Below are positions 25,323 to 38,622 of a stretch of 64,000 bases of DNA, one piece after another. Position numbers and translations under genes: made by a program. The stretch's first letter is position 1. Each line of letters opens with the position of its first letter. The stretch is from the human T2T-CHM13v2.0 reference genome, Homo sapiens. The stretch is from NCBI RefSeq assembly GCF_009914755.1, contig NC_060926.1. One strand, given 5' to 3'. A model generated the notes under the pieces. That model was given only the letters and a program-made list of their open reading frames with translations, made no database searches and was not told the origin of the DNA.

Positions 25323-27217
25323 ATAATTGTTTGTTTTTCCTTAGTTGGCTCACCTCAACCCTCCTCCCCCACCACAGAAGGCAGGTAGTAGAAAAATCAA
25401 AAACTGTTCTCTCAAACTGACAGAGAAAATTGAATCTATATGAAGGCAAAGGTGCAACTGGCCAAATTTGTCCTTCTTTCCAAATAAATTTTATGTATAG
25501 ATGATTAAGCAGTGTATGGACACCTTTATCCTCTTTCTACCTGCCATCAATTTCTTATAATAAATTCTCTCTAAAAATAAGGATATTAAAATCAGTGTTA
25601 CATTCAGCTGCTGGCTTTCAGTTTTTAGACTTTGATTGTTCAGTTGTATGCTAATTAAGACAAACTTCTAGCCATAAAGTTCTTTGACATATCTTTTCTC
25701 AGGGTAAAATGAATGTGGCACCTAAATAGTTTGAAAATCCAGTTTAATTTAGAAAAGGCAAAACCAAACCATAGGTATAGAGAGCTATAAGTATTATCTA
25801 GATTTATCAGTTGAATTACTTGTGCTATTTAAAGACCAGAGAAGTTCCGTTTTTAATACATTATTGTTATTTTTCTGAAATATCTGACTGTAACAGAAGG
25901 GACTTATAATAATATATTATGATTTGCTCATAGTCTGATGGCTACAGATCCTGAGATATTACTCATCTTCTTCATCTGTTTGCTTTTATGTATGTTCATC
26001 TCAGTATTAAATAGAATATTAAATGATAGATTTTTCATAAAGTAGGACTCTAATAGAATTTAAACAGGGAAATCCAAACATACATTATGAATAATTGCAT
26101 ATAAAAATTGCAATTCTTATGTAGTTTATCAGGATGAAAATGAAATAATAGCTCATCATCACTGTGTAAAGCCATCAGGTTTATGTGATGTTAGGAAAAA
26201 TCCTCTTAAGGTCAGATAATTATTTTGTGAAATAAGCAGAATTCCCTATTATAATTTGTGAAAACTTTAAAACTAGATGAATTGATATTATGCTTCTAAA
26301 ATATTTTTTTCAATTATTTGCACCCAGAGTCTTATGACTCCTTAGTCAGATTTTGTGCATTTTCTCCAAGTACATTATTTTCTTTTAAAAAGCTAGCCTC
26401 AGTGGGGCTGAGAGAACTCAAGAGGCACATACATAAATTGTCTTAATTTCTGAGAAGTGTGGGTCTGACAATCACTTAAAACAATATAGTTGATATGGCT
26501 GTCAGGACAGACTCTTTTCAAAAGAATGTTTTTATAGAATATCATCATGACACTTTGCTCAGATGGATGTCTTTAACAGTATTTGATTAATGTAACGTAA
26601 TAAAAGAGATGCACACCAAAGTGTCTGTACATGTCTTGTTAAGTATGTTTGATTCATTATATGTGGTTCTCAGTTCTTTCCTCTTTCCACAGTTCACTTT
26701 TTATCATTTCAATAATATATCTATAAATATGAAAAAGTTGGCCCTTTCAAAGTCTTTGACATATATAGCTATTAATTCATAACTCTAAAAAATCGTATCT
26801 TTCAACGTGTCATTTTAAAGCTTGTAGAGTTTATTACGGCAAGTAACCTGTGTTAGAAATTAGATTTTGAACTTTAGCAAGAAGATAAATAAGCTCATGT
26901 ACCTAAATGTTAAAGAAAAGATACCTAGACATAGTTCTAAGTTAGAATGATATGAAAAGATCACTTATTAAAGATTATAATTTTAAACTCCCTGAAGATA
27001 ATATTAAAGTTTATATTGTTTACCAGTTTCCCACTTATTTTGTTTTCCATCTCCAGATATCAATCATTGAGCAAGCTTGTTATAAACAAAGCTCTCCAAT
27101 TACAGTTCCATGATCATCTTTGTTGCAATGAGTTGATGAGTTCAACTTCATGGTTTATATACCAATGACATAGAAGGTTTTAAGTAAAAGTATTCTGATG
27201 GCATACTAATAGTAGTA

Positions 27218-27447
27218 CAATTGAGTATCCCTAATTTGAATGTCTGAAATCTGAAATGCTCCAGATTCTGAAACTTTTGAGCACTGATAGGACACTGAAA
27301 GGAAATGCTCATTGAAACATTTCAGATTTTCAATTTTTGGATTAGGGATGCTGAACCAGCATAATGCAATAAAGGAAAAAAAAAAAAAGGTCCAAAATCT
27401 GAAACTCTTCTGGTTCTAAGCATTTTGGATAAGGGATACTCAACCTG
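27218..27447. mobile_element. Tigger4a/MER46-type MITE
   Basis: TIRs caattgagtatccct ... agggatactcaacctg, with left TA. Confidence 0.88.
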
Positions 27448-27454
27448 CCTTTAT

Positions 27455-27635
27455 TTATATACACATTTTAGGTGTTACTGTTTTAACAGGGGTAAGCCCT
27501 GTATGGTAGATGCTCTTTTACTTGCATTTCACTGATGAGGAAGCTGAGGCAGAAATCACATGCCCCAGATCATACAGATGCTAAGGGGCCGAGCTGGGCT
27601 TAAAATTCAGCAGTCTGGCTCTGAAGCTCTTGACC
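27455..27635 (-). mobile_element. MIR
   Basis: catttcactgatgaggaagctgaggcaga...tgccccagatcatacag. Confidence 0.75.
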
Positions 27636-29574
27636 TCCTTGAGAGAGCGCTAAACTTGGAATGTTTTCTTCGTGGTGCCTTTGGTCCTGCTTCATATTCT
27701 TTAATGCATAGGTAACAGCTTGGCTCCCTCACTTCCCACGCTCCTTTTCTTGGTTCAATTAAGCAAATCATGGCCCAACATCAGGGTAGCAAGCCTGCAG
27801 TGTTCCACGTAATGAGCTGTGACTCATGGATGATTTGGGGGTTTTGGGTGCCAGGCTAGCACATCATGTGTGAATAAGCTTGTGGCAGGGGCTGAGGGTG
27901 AGGCCTGAGGACATGGTTTATGTTGGAGCCTCGCGGTGTTCTGGGTGACTCATGTACACTCAACCGCACAGTCATGAACCGCTTGCACACACCCAATGTC
28001 AGGTTCACTCCGAGGCTGTTCTCCCACAGCCATTTTACAACTCTATCTGTGAAAAGCACAGAACGTATTTTGACCTTTTCACCGTGGGATCCTGAAGGGG
28101 ACTTAAAGAACAGCCTTCAGGTCCTGCTGGTCCCTTCCTGGGAAGACTTTTATTCCCTCGGAGCTAAGAAAGACACCTAGATGGTGCCTTCCTCTCTCTT
28201 GTGCTGCTTGGAAGGCATGGGCTTTGGGGTCAGCTAGACCCTGGGCTAGCTCTTGGTTATGTTCCCAACACCTCTGAGACCTTGGGCAACTGACTTATTG
28301 TTCTTGGACATGGCTTTCTTTGAAAACCATAAAACTTATAGAATGGGATGGGAGCATTTTAAAATACATTTATGGGAAATTAACACAGAAGACCTTGTTT
28401 AAACATTATTTTTAGTGGTCAGCCAATGGCTTCAGCTTAGGAATGACTGAGGCAAAAGCACTAATTAAGGATGGTAATTTTATTCATCTTTGTATCTGTT
28501 TAGTGTCAAGTTGAAGGAAGAGAGGGTTTAAAATATGAGCTAGTAACCCCCCCACACCCCGAGACTCTTTAAAACTATGAATAAAGTTAAGAAAACTGTG
28601 CAAGAACTAAGAGAAGGTCAAAGGAAAAGAAGCGATGGACATTGTAGGTTCGAAGCACACCAGGCACCTTCCAGGAGAGGAGAAAGTTCAGGAATGTGGC
28701 CCTCCCTGCACTGCAAATCCCTTTGTGGCCCCTTCAAGCCTCTAAGCTCTTTTACCTCAGCTCATCATTAATGCTGATCTCCCCAGGTAGGGGAGAGGAG
28801 GTGGACTTAGGAGGCTTAACTACATTGCTTAGGATTGTATATTTCAGAGACACTGACTGATGTGAGTCATACAATTATAGTTCTGAGTCCTCCTCTGTTC
28901 TTGAGTATAGAGATTGGAGAGGAAAGCTGTGTTTGTGATTTTAGAGTGCCCGGGTCAGGCACTTCCTTTTTGTATGTGTTTTGGGCAAGCCCCTTACCTT
29001 TTGGAGCCTAACTTACCACCCCTGGGAAGTGAGGGAACTGAACTTAGTGCTCTCTAAGGCCCTGTTTGAGTTTGCATGCCATTGACTCTGGACTTTTCTA
29101 AATAAACAAGTAAACTTACAGTTACCATGGAGAATGTCTGTGTCCTTGCTGATCATTGTAAATGTCCCTGATGTCAAAATGCAGGATGATAAAAAGTGAA
29201 GTTGAAAAATGAGGAAGGAGTGTGACAGGGAGTGATCTTAATCGTTTTGCAGGGTGTGCACTTTTTAGGCTGCCTAAGGGCAGAATTGAAATATATGCCT
29301 TCTGCCAGCATATTTCAGAGTCAGCCGAACTACATTTTGGTTAGGAACTACCTTGTCCAGAAAGAGAGGGGATGATAATCAAAGCAAGGGCAGTCCCAGA
29401 GCTCAGATGATCCCTTTTTCCTGGTGAAGGATATCCTTGGATGGTTGATTTTCTATTGAGCCTTTAAAAGAGAACGCTAGGCTTAACAAAGGGTCAAGAG
29501 TCCACAGCTGAGGAGGCCGAGAGGAGCCAGGGAAAGGAAGTGGTTTAAAAGACTTACTGCTATTATATTAGTAA

Positions 29575-30028
29575 TAAATTTTGTCGAATTTATTATTGAA
29601 ATTTATATATATATTTCAAAAATATACCAAAATAGAGTGAAGTGTATGATGGATCTCTACATTCCTATCAAGAGTCAACCATCAATTCATGGCCAATCTA
29701 GTCTAACCTGTATCTTCATTTAATCTTGTTTTAACAAAATTCTTTTGAGACAAATCTTGTTCAATTTCATCTGCAAATATTTCCAAAGGTATTTCTAAAA
29801 TTAAGGGCCTTTTTAATTTAAAAGGCAAATGCAATAATGTTAAAACATCTAAAAATTAACAAAAAATTTTTAATTGTATTCACTAGCAAGTCAATGTTTA
29901 AATTTCTCCAATTGCCTCATATACATATTTTTTTAAAAATTTGTCTGAATCTCGATCCTAATAAGGTCCATAGAAAGCTATTGGGGAATATGTGTCTTAA
30001 GTCTCTTTTACTCTACAGGTTTCCTTCC

Positions 30029-30089
<61 letters not shown>

Positions 30090-30600
30090 GTGAAGAAACT
30101 AGGCCATTTTTTCCTGTGAATTTTCTGATTTTGATGATTAAATTTCTGTGTTATCTTTTGATATGTTCCTCAGTCTTTTCTATTTCCTGTAAATTGATAT
30201 CTAAATGTATGATTAGATTCAATGAGTTTTTTTTGGCAAATATATTTCATACATGTGTCATGTATTCTATTAGGAGACAAACAATGCTTGATAGTCTCTT
30301 TTTTGTGGTATCAGTAGCCATTATTAATCATTGTCCAGATCCCTTAATTCATTAGAGGCTGCAATACAATATATTCATTCTATGAATATAATTCCTTTTA
30401 ATCTAGTAGTTGTAATATTTCTAGAAGAAACTTTTCCTGTTTGATTACACTGAGGAAATATATGTTCATTATATTATCTGTATGTAAAACCCAGGCTAAA
30501 TACTGGATTTAACCCCTCATTTCCAGTTTCAGCCTATTTTGCAGCCTTCTTCAGAAGTGACCAATGATAGCTGTGTGTGTTTTAAATTGTATTTTTTTGA
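29575..30600 (-). mobile_element. Old L1M 3' fragment (L1MC4/5-like) containing a microsatellite
   Basis: tcaaccatcaattcatggccaatc...aatttcatctgcaaatatttc...tgattagattca; boundaries approximate. Confidence 0.65.
30031..30087. repeat. (CTTT)n tetranucleotide microsatellite, about 14 units
   Basis: Direct read. Confidence 0.97.
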
Positions 30601-30624
30601 ATGCATGGACTTAAAAATATTTAG

Positions 30625-30930
30625 CCTGGAAATTTTCGAGTCAGATGAATATAGGTTTGAGCTCTGGCCCTGCCTGTTACCTCAGAGAGTCTTTCCCTTT
30701 CTTCTCATGGCTAAAGCCTAGTCACTTTGGGCTCTCATGGGTCTTCTGTAGGGAAGCTTTCCTTAACTTTCCTGAGAAGGGCAAATGAATCTCTCTGAGA
30801 CTCAGTTTTCTCATCTATAAAATAGGGGCCATACTACTGATGCCATCTGACATAGTTGTGAAGATTAAGTGAGATAGTGAGTACAGAACCATCCATTATA
30901 GGCATTCAAAGTTCTCCACTTTTATTGTTA
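30625..30930 (+). mobile_element. MIR (interrupted)
   Basis: ctctctgagactcagttttctcatctataaaatagggg...gttgtgaagattaagtgagata. Confidence 0.75.
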
Positions 30931-31045
30931 TTTTGTATCTAACAACTTTGGACACTTAACTCCTGTGGTGAATTGTTTTGCTATTATCTCTATCTTGAAA
31001 GTATTGTTGGAGAAACAATCATGAAAAAATATTTTTCTACTTCTG

Positions 31046-31125
31046 TTTATGAAGATGCAAAGTCACATGGCAAATTATCAATATTTTTTATGAAGATGCA
31101 AAGTCACATGGCAAATTATCAATAT
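31046..31125. repeat. Perfect tandem duplication, 39-bp unit, period 41
   Basis: TTTATGAAGATGCAAAGTCACATGGCAAATTATCAATAT at 31046-31084 and 31087-31125. Confidence 0.97.
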
Positions 31126-31892
31126 CTAAAATGTTCTGAAAGGTGGAAGAGAAAGAAACAGTATTCAAGAGTCTTGTCCCAAGGTGTTGTGGGGGAGACA
31201 AGGTAATAATTGAGAACTATATATAAAAATAAGTACAAAGAATTATATGAAGCAATTAAATCTGATGGGCTGGATGGACTTACTTACGTTAGGGAAGGGT
31301 GTCTAGGTACATTGGATTCAAAAGCGGAGGAAGAAACTACTTTGGAGGAGTCTTTGTGAGTGGAAGGGAAATCCTGAAGTTAGGGTTGGTCTCCTTCTCA
31401 AAAAAAGGAAGTTGTTGCTTTAGGAGGGTTGACTAAATACCCTGACAATACTCACTTGACTAAAAATATCTCTTCCATGGGCTTGAAGTCCTAAAGCCAG
31501 AACCAGAAGCGTAGCTTGTTCCTGCTGCACACCGTTCTGTGTTCCACCTCCGGAATCTTGCCCAGGCTTATCCTTCCTCGGGAATGTCCTTCTTGTTTGC
31601 CTTCTTCACCTGCTTACTCCCACTTATTTTACACGATGCCAGGAGTCAGGGCTTTAGAGGGTCTTTCTCAGTCCCTTCCTTTACTGCACCATTGGGGTAG
31701 GGCCTCAGTGACGTTTTCCCATCTTATCCTGTACACGTTCCCATCACAGCATTCATCATACTGCTCATATCCACTGACTTCTCTGGACTCCAAGCACCAC
31801 AAGGGTAGAGACTCTCTTAATCTTCTCTGTAACCTCAGCACAGTGGCCAGCACATATGTGTGCTTAAGAAATAATAAATACAATAAATTTGT

Positions 31893-32202
31893 AGCTGGGT
31901 GCAGTGGCTCTTGCCTATAATCCCAGCACTTTGGGATACTGAGGCAGGAGGAGTGCTTGAGCTCAGAAGTTTGAGAGCAGCCTGGGCAACATAGCAGGAC
32001 CCCATCTCTACTAAAAATAAAAAAAAATCAGCTAGGCATTGTGGCCCGTGCCTGTAGTCCCAGCTACTTGGGAGGCTGAGGCAGGAGGATCACTTGAGTC
32101 CAGGAGTTGAAGGCTGCAGTGATCTATGATTGTGACACTGTACTCCCCCTGGGCAGCAGAGGGAGACCCTGTCTAAAAAAAGAAAGAAAGAAAGAAAGAA
32201 AG
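31893..32202 (+). mobile_element. AluJ with (GAAA)n tail, next to an L2 3' end (~31540-31880)
   Basis: gaggatcacttgagtccaggagttgaaggctgcagtga J-type right arm. Confidence 0.93.
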
Positions 32203-35200
32203 AATAAATGGGTGATTGAAGTTTTACCCGTTTATTTGTAAATTTAAATTTGGACAAGTTACCCGGAAGTGTAGACCAGTAATGTGTTAACACATGAACC
32301 TAAATGAGTTATCTGGTTGACTCCTTTATAGGAGCAGGAACAGGGTGGTGGTGAGTTAGCATGGGCCAGCAAGCTGGTTTGGGGGCAGGTAGGCAGAACA
32401 GGCTGGCTTTCAGTCCTGGCTGAGGCAGGTTTGAAAGAGCAAAGGTGAATGGCCTGGATTGTATTATTCTTATTCTTGTTTTCCTAGTACTGCCCTTGGG
32501 TGAAAAGTGGGAGAAAGTAAGAAGTGTTTAGGGAACAGCAATTAGCCTTTTGGATTTTCTTGGCTAGATTGTGGAAACTGAGCAGATGCAAACCATATAG
32601 AGGTTAGATGGGCCTGGATGATTGCTGGGGAGCTTTGGAAACACAGCCATGTGACAAGGTTACATGTAGACATGTCCATCTTAGGAATGCATAGTAGTCT
32701 GTCCAAGAAAAAGCCATTTGATATTAGTGGGGTGTTTTGTATATTTGCACAGAAAACTTGCTCATTTATCGTTCTTAAAGCACTCAGTTATTTGCCTAAG
32801 GAAGATGCCTTTTCACATAAACAACGGTCTACCTGGTATCAGAATTTCTCAACAGATAAGACACCCTTGTGCTCAGGAAGTAACTTCTGCAGGCAGATAG
32901 CATACCAAACTTTTATTGTTAATATGGGAAGAAAGGCATGCATCAGAATAACAGGAAAACCTGCTCTTGTGTGTTTGCACCTGAGGAGGGGGAGGGGACA
33001 CCATTTTTATCAGGCACACTAAAAGCAGCCGTTCATTCTTGCAAGATGGACTGTTCTAGATTTTGTTGCTTTATGAAATTTTTGGTACACAATTTAAGTA
33101 AGTTTTTGGCACAATTTAAGTAAAACCCAGGATTATTTCAGACAGTTAGAAATGAACAATAGCATGTTTATCATTAGAATCGGACTCTCCTTGTTATATT
33201 TCATAGGGTTTAGCACTTGTCTGTTAATACCCATCTCACTAAATGTCTCCATTCATAACATAGGTTTTCTTCCCCTGGGTGAAGGGATGGGGAGGAGTGA
33301 ATCTTTTTCTAATTTCTTTTTCTTCCATCATGTTTATATGTATAAAATTTCACAGACCAACATTTTCTAGAACCTCTGTATTCGCGGAACAAGTTCCTTT
33401 AAATACAAAGATTTCTAAGTGACATTTTGACTTCTGATTTACATGAATCTTAGTAAGTCATGCCAAATAAACTCTTAAATTATACTGAGTAAGAAGTCTG
33501 ATTAAGAAGTTTTTCTTCTCAAAAGGAAAATAAATGTTTTCAATTCTTTTTAAAATAAGTTTTTGTGTTTGGCAGTGCCTTGGTCTCACAGCAGTAAAGA
33601 GATTAAGTAAAATGCTAACTTGTAGTAACTCTATATTTTTAAATTTCTTATCCTAAAAACTAATACAGAGATAATTCCTGAGAAACCTCATTTCCCTGGC
33701 AAGTCAATAGCTTACTTTGCTTCTTGTTATTTGCTTTTAACAGTGACAGGGATTTTTATTCTTTTTTTTTCCTTTTCTTTAATTTGCAGAGTCAATTAAA
33801 CTGCTTAACCAAATAGATCTTAATAGTGTTGATAGATTCTTATTATATTCCTGTCATAATTATTTTTTAAAACTGGCAGGAAGCCTTCAGTATTCAACAT
33901 CATTTACGACCTCAGTGAATGGTCATGTAAATGGACAATTTGCAGAAATTCCAGCTGGGGTTAACCTTAGAACAGGGTTGTTCCAATATAAAGCTGCTGG
34001 CTTCCTTTACATTATTATGGATTTCTGTTTGTTTTCTTTTTATTTTTGGGCAGGCTTCCCCTGAGAAGTTTAGATGGACGATTTAAGGGAGGTGTGTTTT
34101 TAGGAGGACTTAGTGGTGATATTGGAAAAATCTTAGTGAAATGACAGCCGAGGTCATTATAACATGGCCTTGAGTCTCATAACTCGGGAGGAAGTAGGTA
34201 GGAGGTGGTGGCAGAAAGGCAAAGATACTGAGGTGTTTCTAACACGAGCACAGGAATATGAGGCAATAATAGAACATTACTAAAGTTCTCCTCTAGAATG
34301 AGTCATTGACAAATATAATTTGAGGCTTTAGGCAGCCCCAAGAAAATATCAATTTCTATGATTTTTATAAACTTACACTTTGGAAAGGTTGGCAAATTGA
34401 TAGACAATGAATAAACGCATTTAGAATTCAAAGTTGACATTCATATTATGGCCTCAATTTAGCTAGGTGAGATATTTAGTGACACTTGGATGTCTTTCCA
34501 AGGGTCAGATTTGTTAAAACATTATGCTAAAACAATTTGAGAGATAACTTTAAGTATTCTAGGCTTAACTAGAAAGCAAATTTTGCATTACAGTTCAGGA
34601 GTAGATAGTAACTTTGCAAACCCAAATCAAGAAATCTAACCACATTAAAGAAATGGATTTTGTTGTAAAACTAAAATGATTACATACTATATTTCTTAAC
34701 TTAATGAGGGAGAAATGTACCTCTGGTCTAATAAGCTCCATATTGTTAAATGTCAGTGTTAGCATCTCTCTTCATCAGTGTTATCCAAAATTTAATGCTA
34801 ATATTATTTTACTGAATCTGTGAAGAGATTGTACTATTTTTCTTTTCTTTCTTTCTATTTTTGGAGGTTGGGGTGTGTGGAGGGATGGTGTTTCAAAGTT
34901 TGGTGTTGAGATTGTATGTATTTCCAAAGAGTAATACTGAAATAGGTTGTGAAATTATAACCAGAGTTCTACATCCTCAACTCTTTATATTCAAGAAGTT
35001 TTGCCATTTCAAAGAAAGATGAGAAGTTTTAAAAAAAAAAATTATGACAGGACTGTAGTAAGAGTCTATCAACACTATTAATATCTATTTGGGTAAACAG
35101 AGAGGCAGATACCTTTTCCCACATGAACTATTTTTTGATCAGTATAAAGTATGATAAAATATGAAAAAAGCAAAATTCAGGATACTTTTGTAGGTAGACA

Positions 35201-35475
35201 CGTCAGATATTATATAAAATTAGCTTAAATATTCAAACACTGTAAAATGAGAGGCAGATAGGATATCGTCTCCAAAGAGGACATGGTGAAAACGATACTT
35301 TGAAATGATAAATAGTCAAATATGGGCATAACTTTTTCATATTAGAGAAAACTTATTGCCTAGACAAATGTAGTAGTAGTGTGTATTTTACTTCTAAGAA
35401 TTTAGTGACTAAAGTACAATGCCCTCCCCATCATGTTCTCATAATAAAAGCTCATATTCTGTGAACATTTTACAC

Positions 35476-35764
35476 TTTTTTTGAGATGGAGTCTCCCTCT
35501 GGCACCCAGACTGGAGTGCAGTTGTGCCATCTCGGCTCGCTGTAACCTCTGCCTGCTGAGTTCAAGCAATTCTCCTGCCTCAGCCTCCTGAGCAGCTGGC
35601 ATTACAGGCACCTGCCGCCACGCCCAGCTAATTTTTGTATTTTTAGTAGAGACAGGCTTTCACCATGTTGGCCAGGCTGGTCTCAAACTCTTGACCTCAA
35701 GTAATCTGCTGGCCTCGGCCTCTCAAAGTGTTGAGATTACAGGCGTGAGCCACTGCGTCTGGCC
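35476..35764 (-). mobile_element. AluS
   Basis: Antisense dimer; TSD TACACTTTTT. Confidence 0.95.
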
Positions 35765-35977
35765 TACACTTTTTAATTCTCTGATTTCATGAAGAGTTCT
35801 TAACTCCCCCCAGCTAATGCTAAAAATGTGTCCTGGTTCTTACACGGCACTGCTAGTAACGTGGCAACCTGAGACTGTTCCCAGGCTCAATTCACAGGAG
35901 CCCATGTTCAGCGGTTATTTAATAGCTTTGAAATGCCATTCACCTGTGGCCCATTTCAAGTTTCCCATGATTCTTAG

Positions 35978-36117
35978 GAAGACCCTGGCCTCCATCTTGA
36001 AAACGGAAAATAAAAACAGCAGACCTATGAAGGTCGAAGGGGAAGAAAAGCTGTATCGATTGTTGAGATCTGGCGACTTGTTTAAATTTCATCAGCCTCA
36101 CTTCTATGAACTCTCAG
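35978..36117 (+). other. Candidate spliced exon (140 nt) of an unidentified transcript, lncRNA or smORF
   Basis: Acceptor tttcccatgattcttAG at 35977, strong donor CAG|GTAAGC at 36117, non-repeat sequence, retained CpGs, one frame open throughout with ATG at 36027. Confidence 0.55.
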
Positions 36118-38217
36118 GTAAGCACTCTATTGATTTGTAATTTTCCTGCAAACTTTATAAAGCAGAGGAAAATGGCCGACATGGCGAAGTGCTTGGTTAG
36201 AGTCCAAGCTGCGTGTTGGTAATTAGCTCAGGGAGGGGGGGAAAAGGAGAGTCAGGCAGTTTGCTGGAAGTTTGAGTGCAAATTTGACAAGGCAAGGAAA
36301 ATGGATTGCACTCCAGTGAGAGCTAGCTTAATACTTGAATTCAGAAAACTCCAGAGTTCCTCCTTGTTGAGTCCTGCAAATAAAGAGGAGGGTAAGAAAG
36401 AAGCGATTCTGAAAGGGAGGGGGGTCGGAGAGTAAACTGAAAATTTCCATGGAAATAGCTGGTTTTTTTTTTTTTTTATGACTTTTTAAAGCCACTTTTA
36501 AGCTATTGCTTTCAGTTTACTTCAATGCACTCACTGAAGTAAGCTGAGAAAGAAATCTTTGATATGCCAGATCAACCAAAAGTTTTAAAATATTCTTTTG
36601 TGTCTCCATTTATAATGCAAATAATAAGTTGGTGTTTTGGGTCCATTTCACCATGGTCTCTGAAGTGGGTTAACATACACAGAATGAGGAAGTGGAGGGA
36701 GTCCCAAAGAGAGCACATCTTTGATAGTTCAATAATAATAAAAAAATGTATTTAGGTCTTTTCTAAATACCTTTCACCTCCTAAGAATATAAAACATGAG
36801 AGGAAGTTCTAAGAAGAATAAATTGTGGTTGCCCTCTATGTTAGCTGAGTGACTAAAGATATCGTATTGTTCTATGAATTATCCACTACTTAAATATTCC
36901 TTAAGTCTAGCCTTTATGAGCTCATAAAAAGACTTTGCTTATGTGTCTAGGAAAGCCAGTATCTTTATATGCTGTCAGAACTGAATTTAACATACTGTTT
37001 CAATATAACTTTGAAAACCAGCAGATATTTTGTTATAGGAAAGCAAGCTAGGCAAGCACCTTAAACCCATGTTTACATTTTAGTTTTATCAAACATAAAT
37101 ATTTCCTAGTTGGAATAGTTTTAAAAAGTGGTAATCTATGCTTGAGAATGATGGAAGGAGACGGAATTCTGGTTGAAATAGTATTGCCACTGTAGTGTTT
37201 TATTCATGAGAATCTCCAATCTTTTTTCATATATGCTAAAAAAGCCAAAATTAATTAATGTCAGAAACACAAATGAGGATTGGCAATGATCATCCATCCA
37301 TGCTGGGGGAGGCAAGGCTGGGCGTTCTGTATGGTATAAACTCCAGATTCCGCTTCCTCACTGAGCACCTCTGTAAAGCCTCCCGTGCATTTGGAAGCTT
37401 CAGAATTTCTTCTGGGCAACCAAAGTCAAATATAATTTTTGACAAATACCAACTCCTCCCTCAATGCAACCAAGAGCAATAATGTTTCAGGAAGCTCCAG
37501 CTGAAGTGTTAGTAATAACCATCAAATAAACAGAAGTTTTACCATCTTCTGTTTCATGATTGAGCTTTTTCAAATGTAAACAATTTATAAGGAAAAAAGT
37601 GGGCCATGTCGGATATGAGAAACAGAGAAAAGTTTGGTGGGAAAAATCAGAGGCATTCTTTATCAGGAGATAGAGTTAGGACATGCCTATGATTGCACAC
37701 TGTTTGGGTATATTCTTGTATTCATCCTTCCTCTCGGGTTATAAGTACCACTTTTTCTTCCCCTTCCTTCCCTTCTCATTCTCTCTTGGGCATGGGCATG
37801 ACTTCTCTTACCTTTGCCTTTCTCTGGGACCTCAGTTGACAGCTCTGTCACACTCACCTTCTCTTCTGCCCAAGCTGCTCCCCCTACCCTTCTCCCACTT
37901 GGGCTTGCTGAGGAAACCACTGCTCCCCAGGCGCCCTGAGTGCCTCAGCTTTACCTAGGTACCTCCGGTGTATATTTCTTAATGGCTATATTTTAGGAGC
38001 GAAAAAGTTTCCCAGTGACCCCCTTTCATTTGTTGTCTGACCTGAATTAAGCTGCACAACTCTGATTAGAGACAAATCTTTCTTTTTCCACACTGTTGCT
38101 CTTTCTGCTGTCTCATTTAACACAGCTGGTATAAAATGCTAGAACTATTTAGCATAACAAGACCTATTTGCAAAAATGATGAGAAAATACCATAAAAAAG
38201 GCCAGAAATATATCCCC

Positions 38218-38622
38218 TGTAGGAGATGCTATTGTTACCCTGCTTAGATACGCTTCAGTGGCTGGTACTTGCTTCCCCCCTGCCTCCTGCCCAAGCTGCT
38301 TTGAGTGTGGCTGGTGACCTCATAGCTGCCTTCTTCCCTGGAGACTTGTCCTGTGGCCAATGACTGACAGGGATAGGGGTCAAGGTAGCGGGGAGCTGAC
38401 AAAATGCTAGCCTCTTTACCTCAAGGTAGACCTAATGCTGTGGTGTGATTTGTGCTCCAGAACTTCCGGATCAACTGATGCTAGCCTCCAGCTGAGCCCA
38501 CACTTGGTCAACATTCTTTCCCTCTCATCTCCTCCCCTTCTCCTTAGAACACTCCCTCAGTAAATCACTTGAACCAAAATTTTTACCTCGGGCCCTGTTT
38601 CTAAGGAATCTCACCCAAGACA
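38218..38622 (+). mobile_element. ERVL solo LTR (LTR16-like)
   Basis: TG...CA ends; tgtaggagatgct start and cactccctcagtaaatcacttg...ctgtttctaaggaatctcacccaagaca end. Confidence 0.8.

Noticed and set aside
29837-30355. 172-aa hydrophobic ORF
   Set aside because: Runs through an antisense old L1 and the (CTTT)n repeat; the FLSF repeats are a microsatellite artefact
33755-33960. Strong + strand splice acceptor at 33789
   Set aside because: No convincing donor at exon distance
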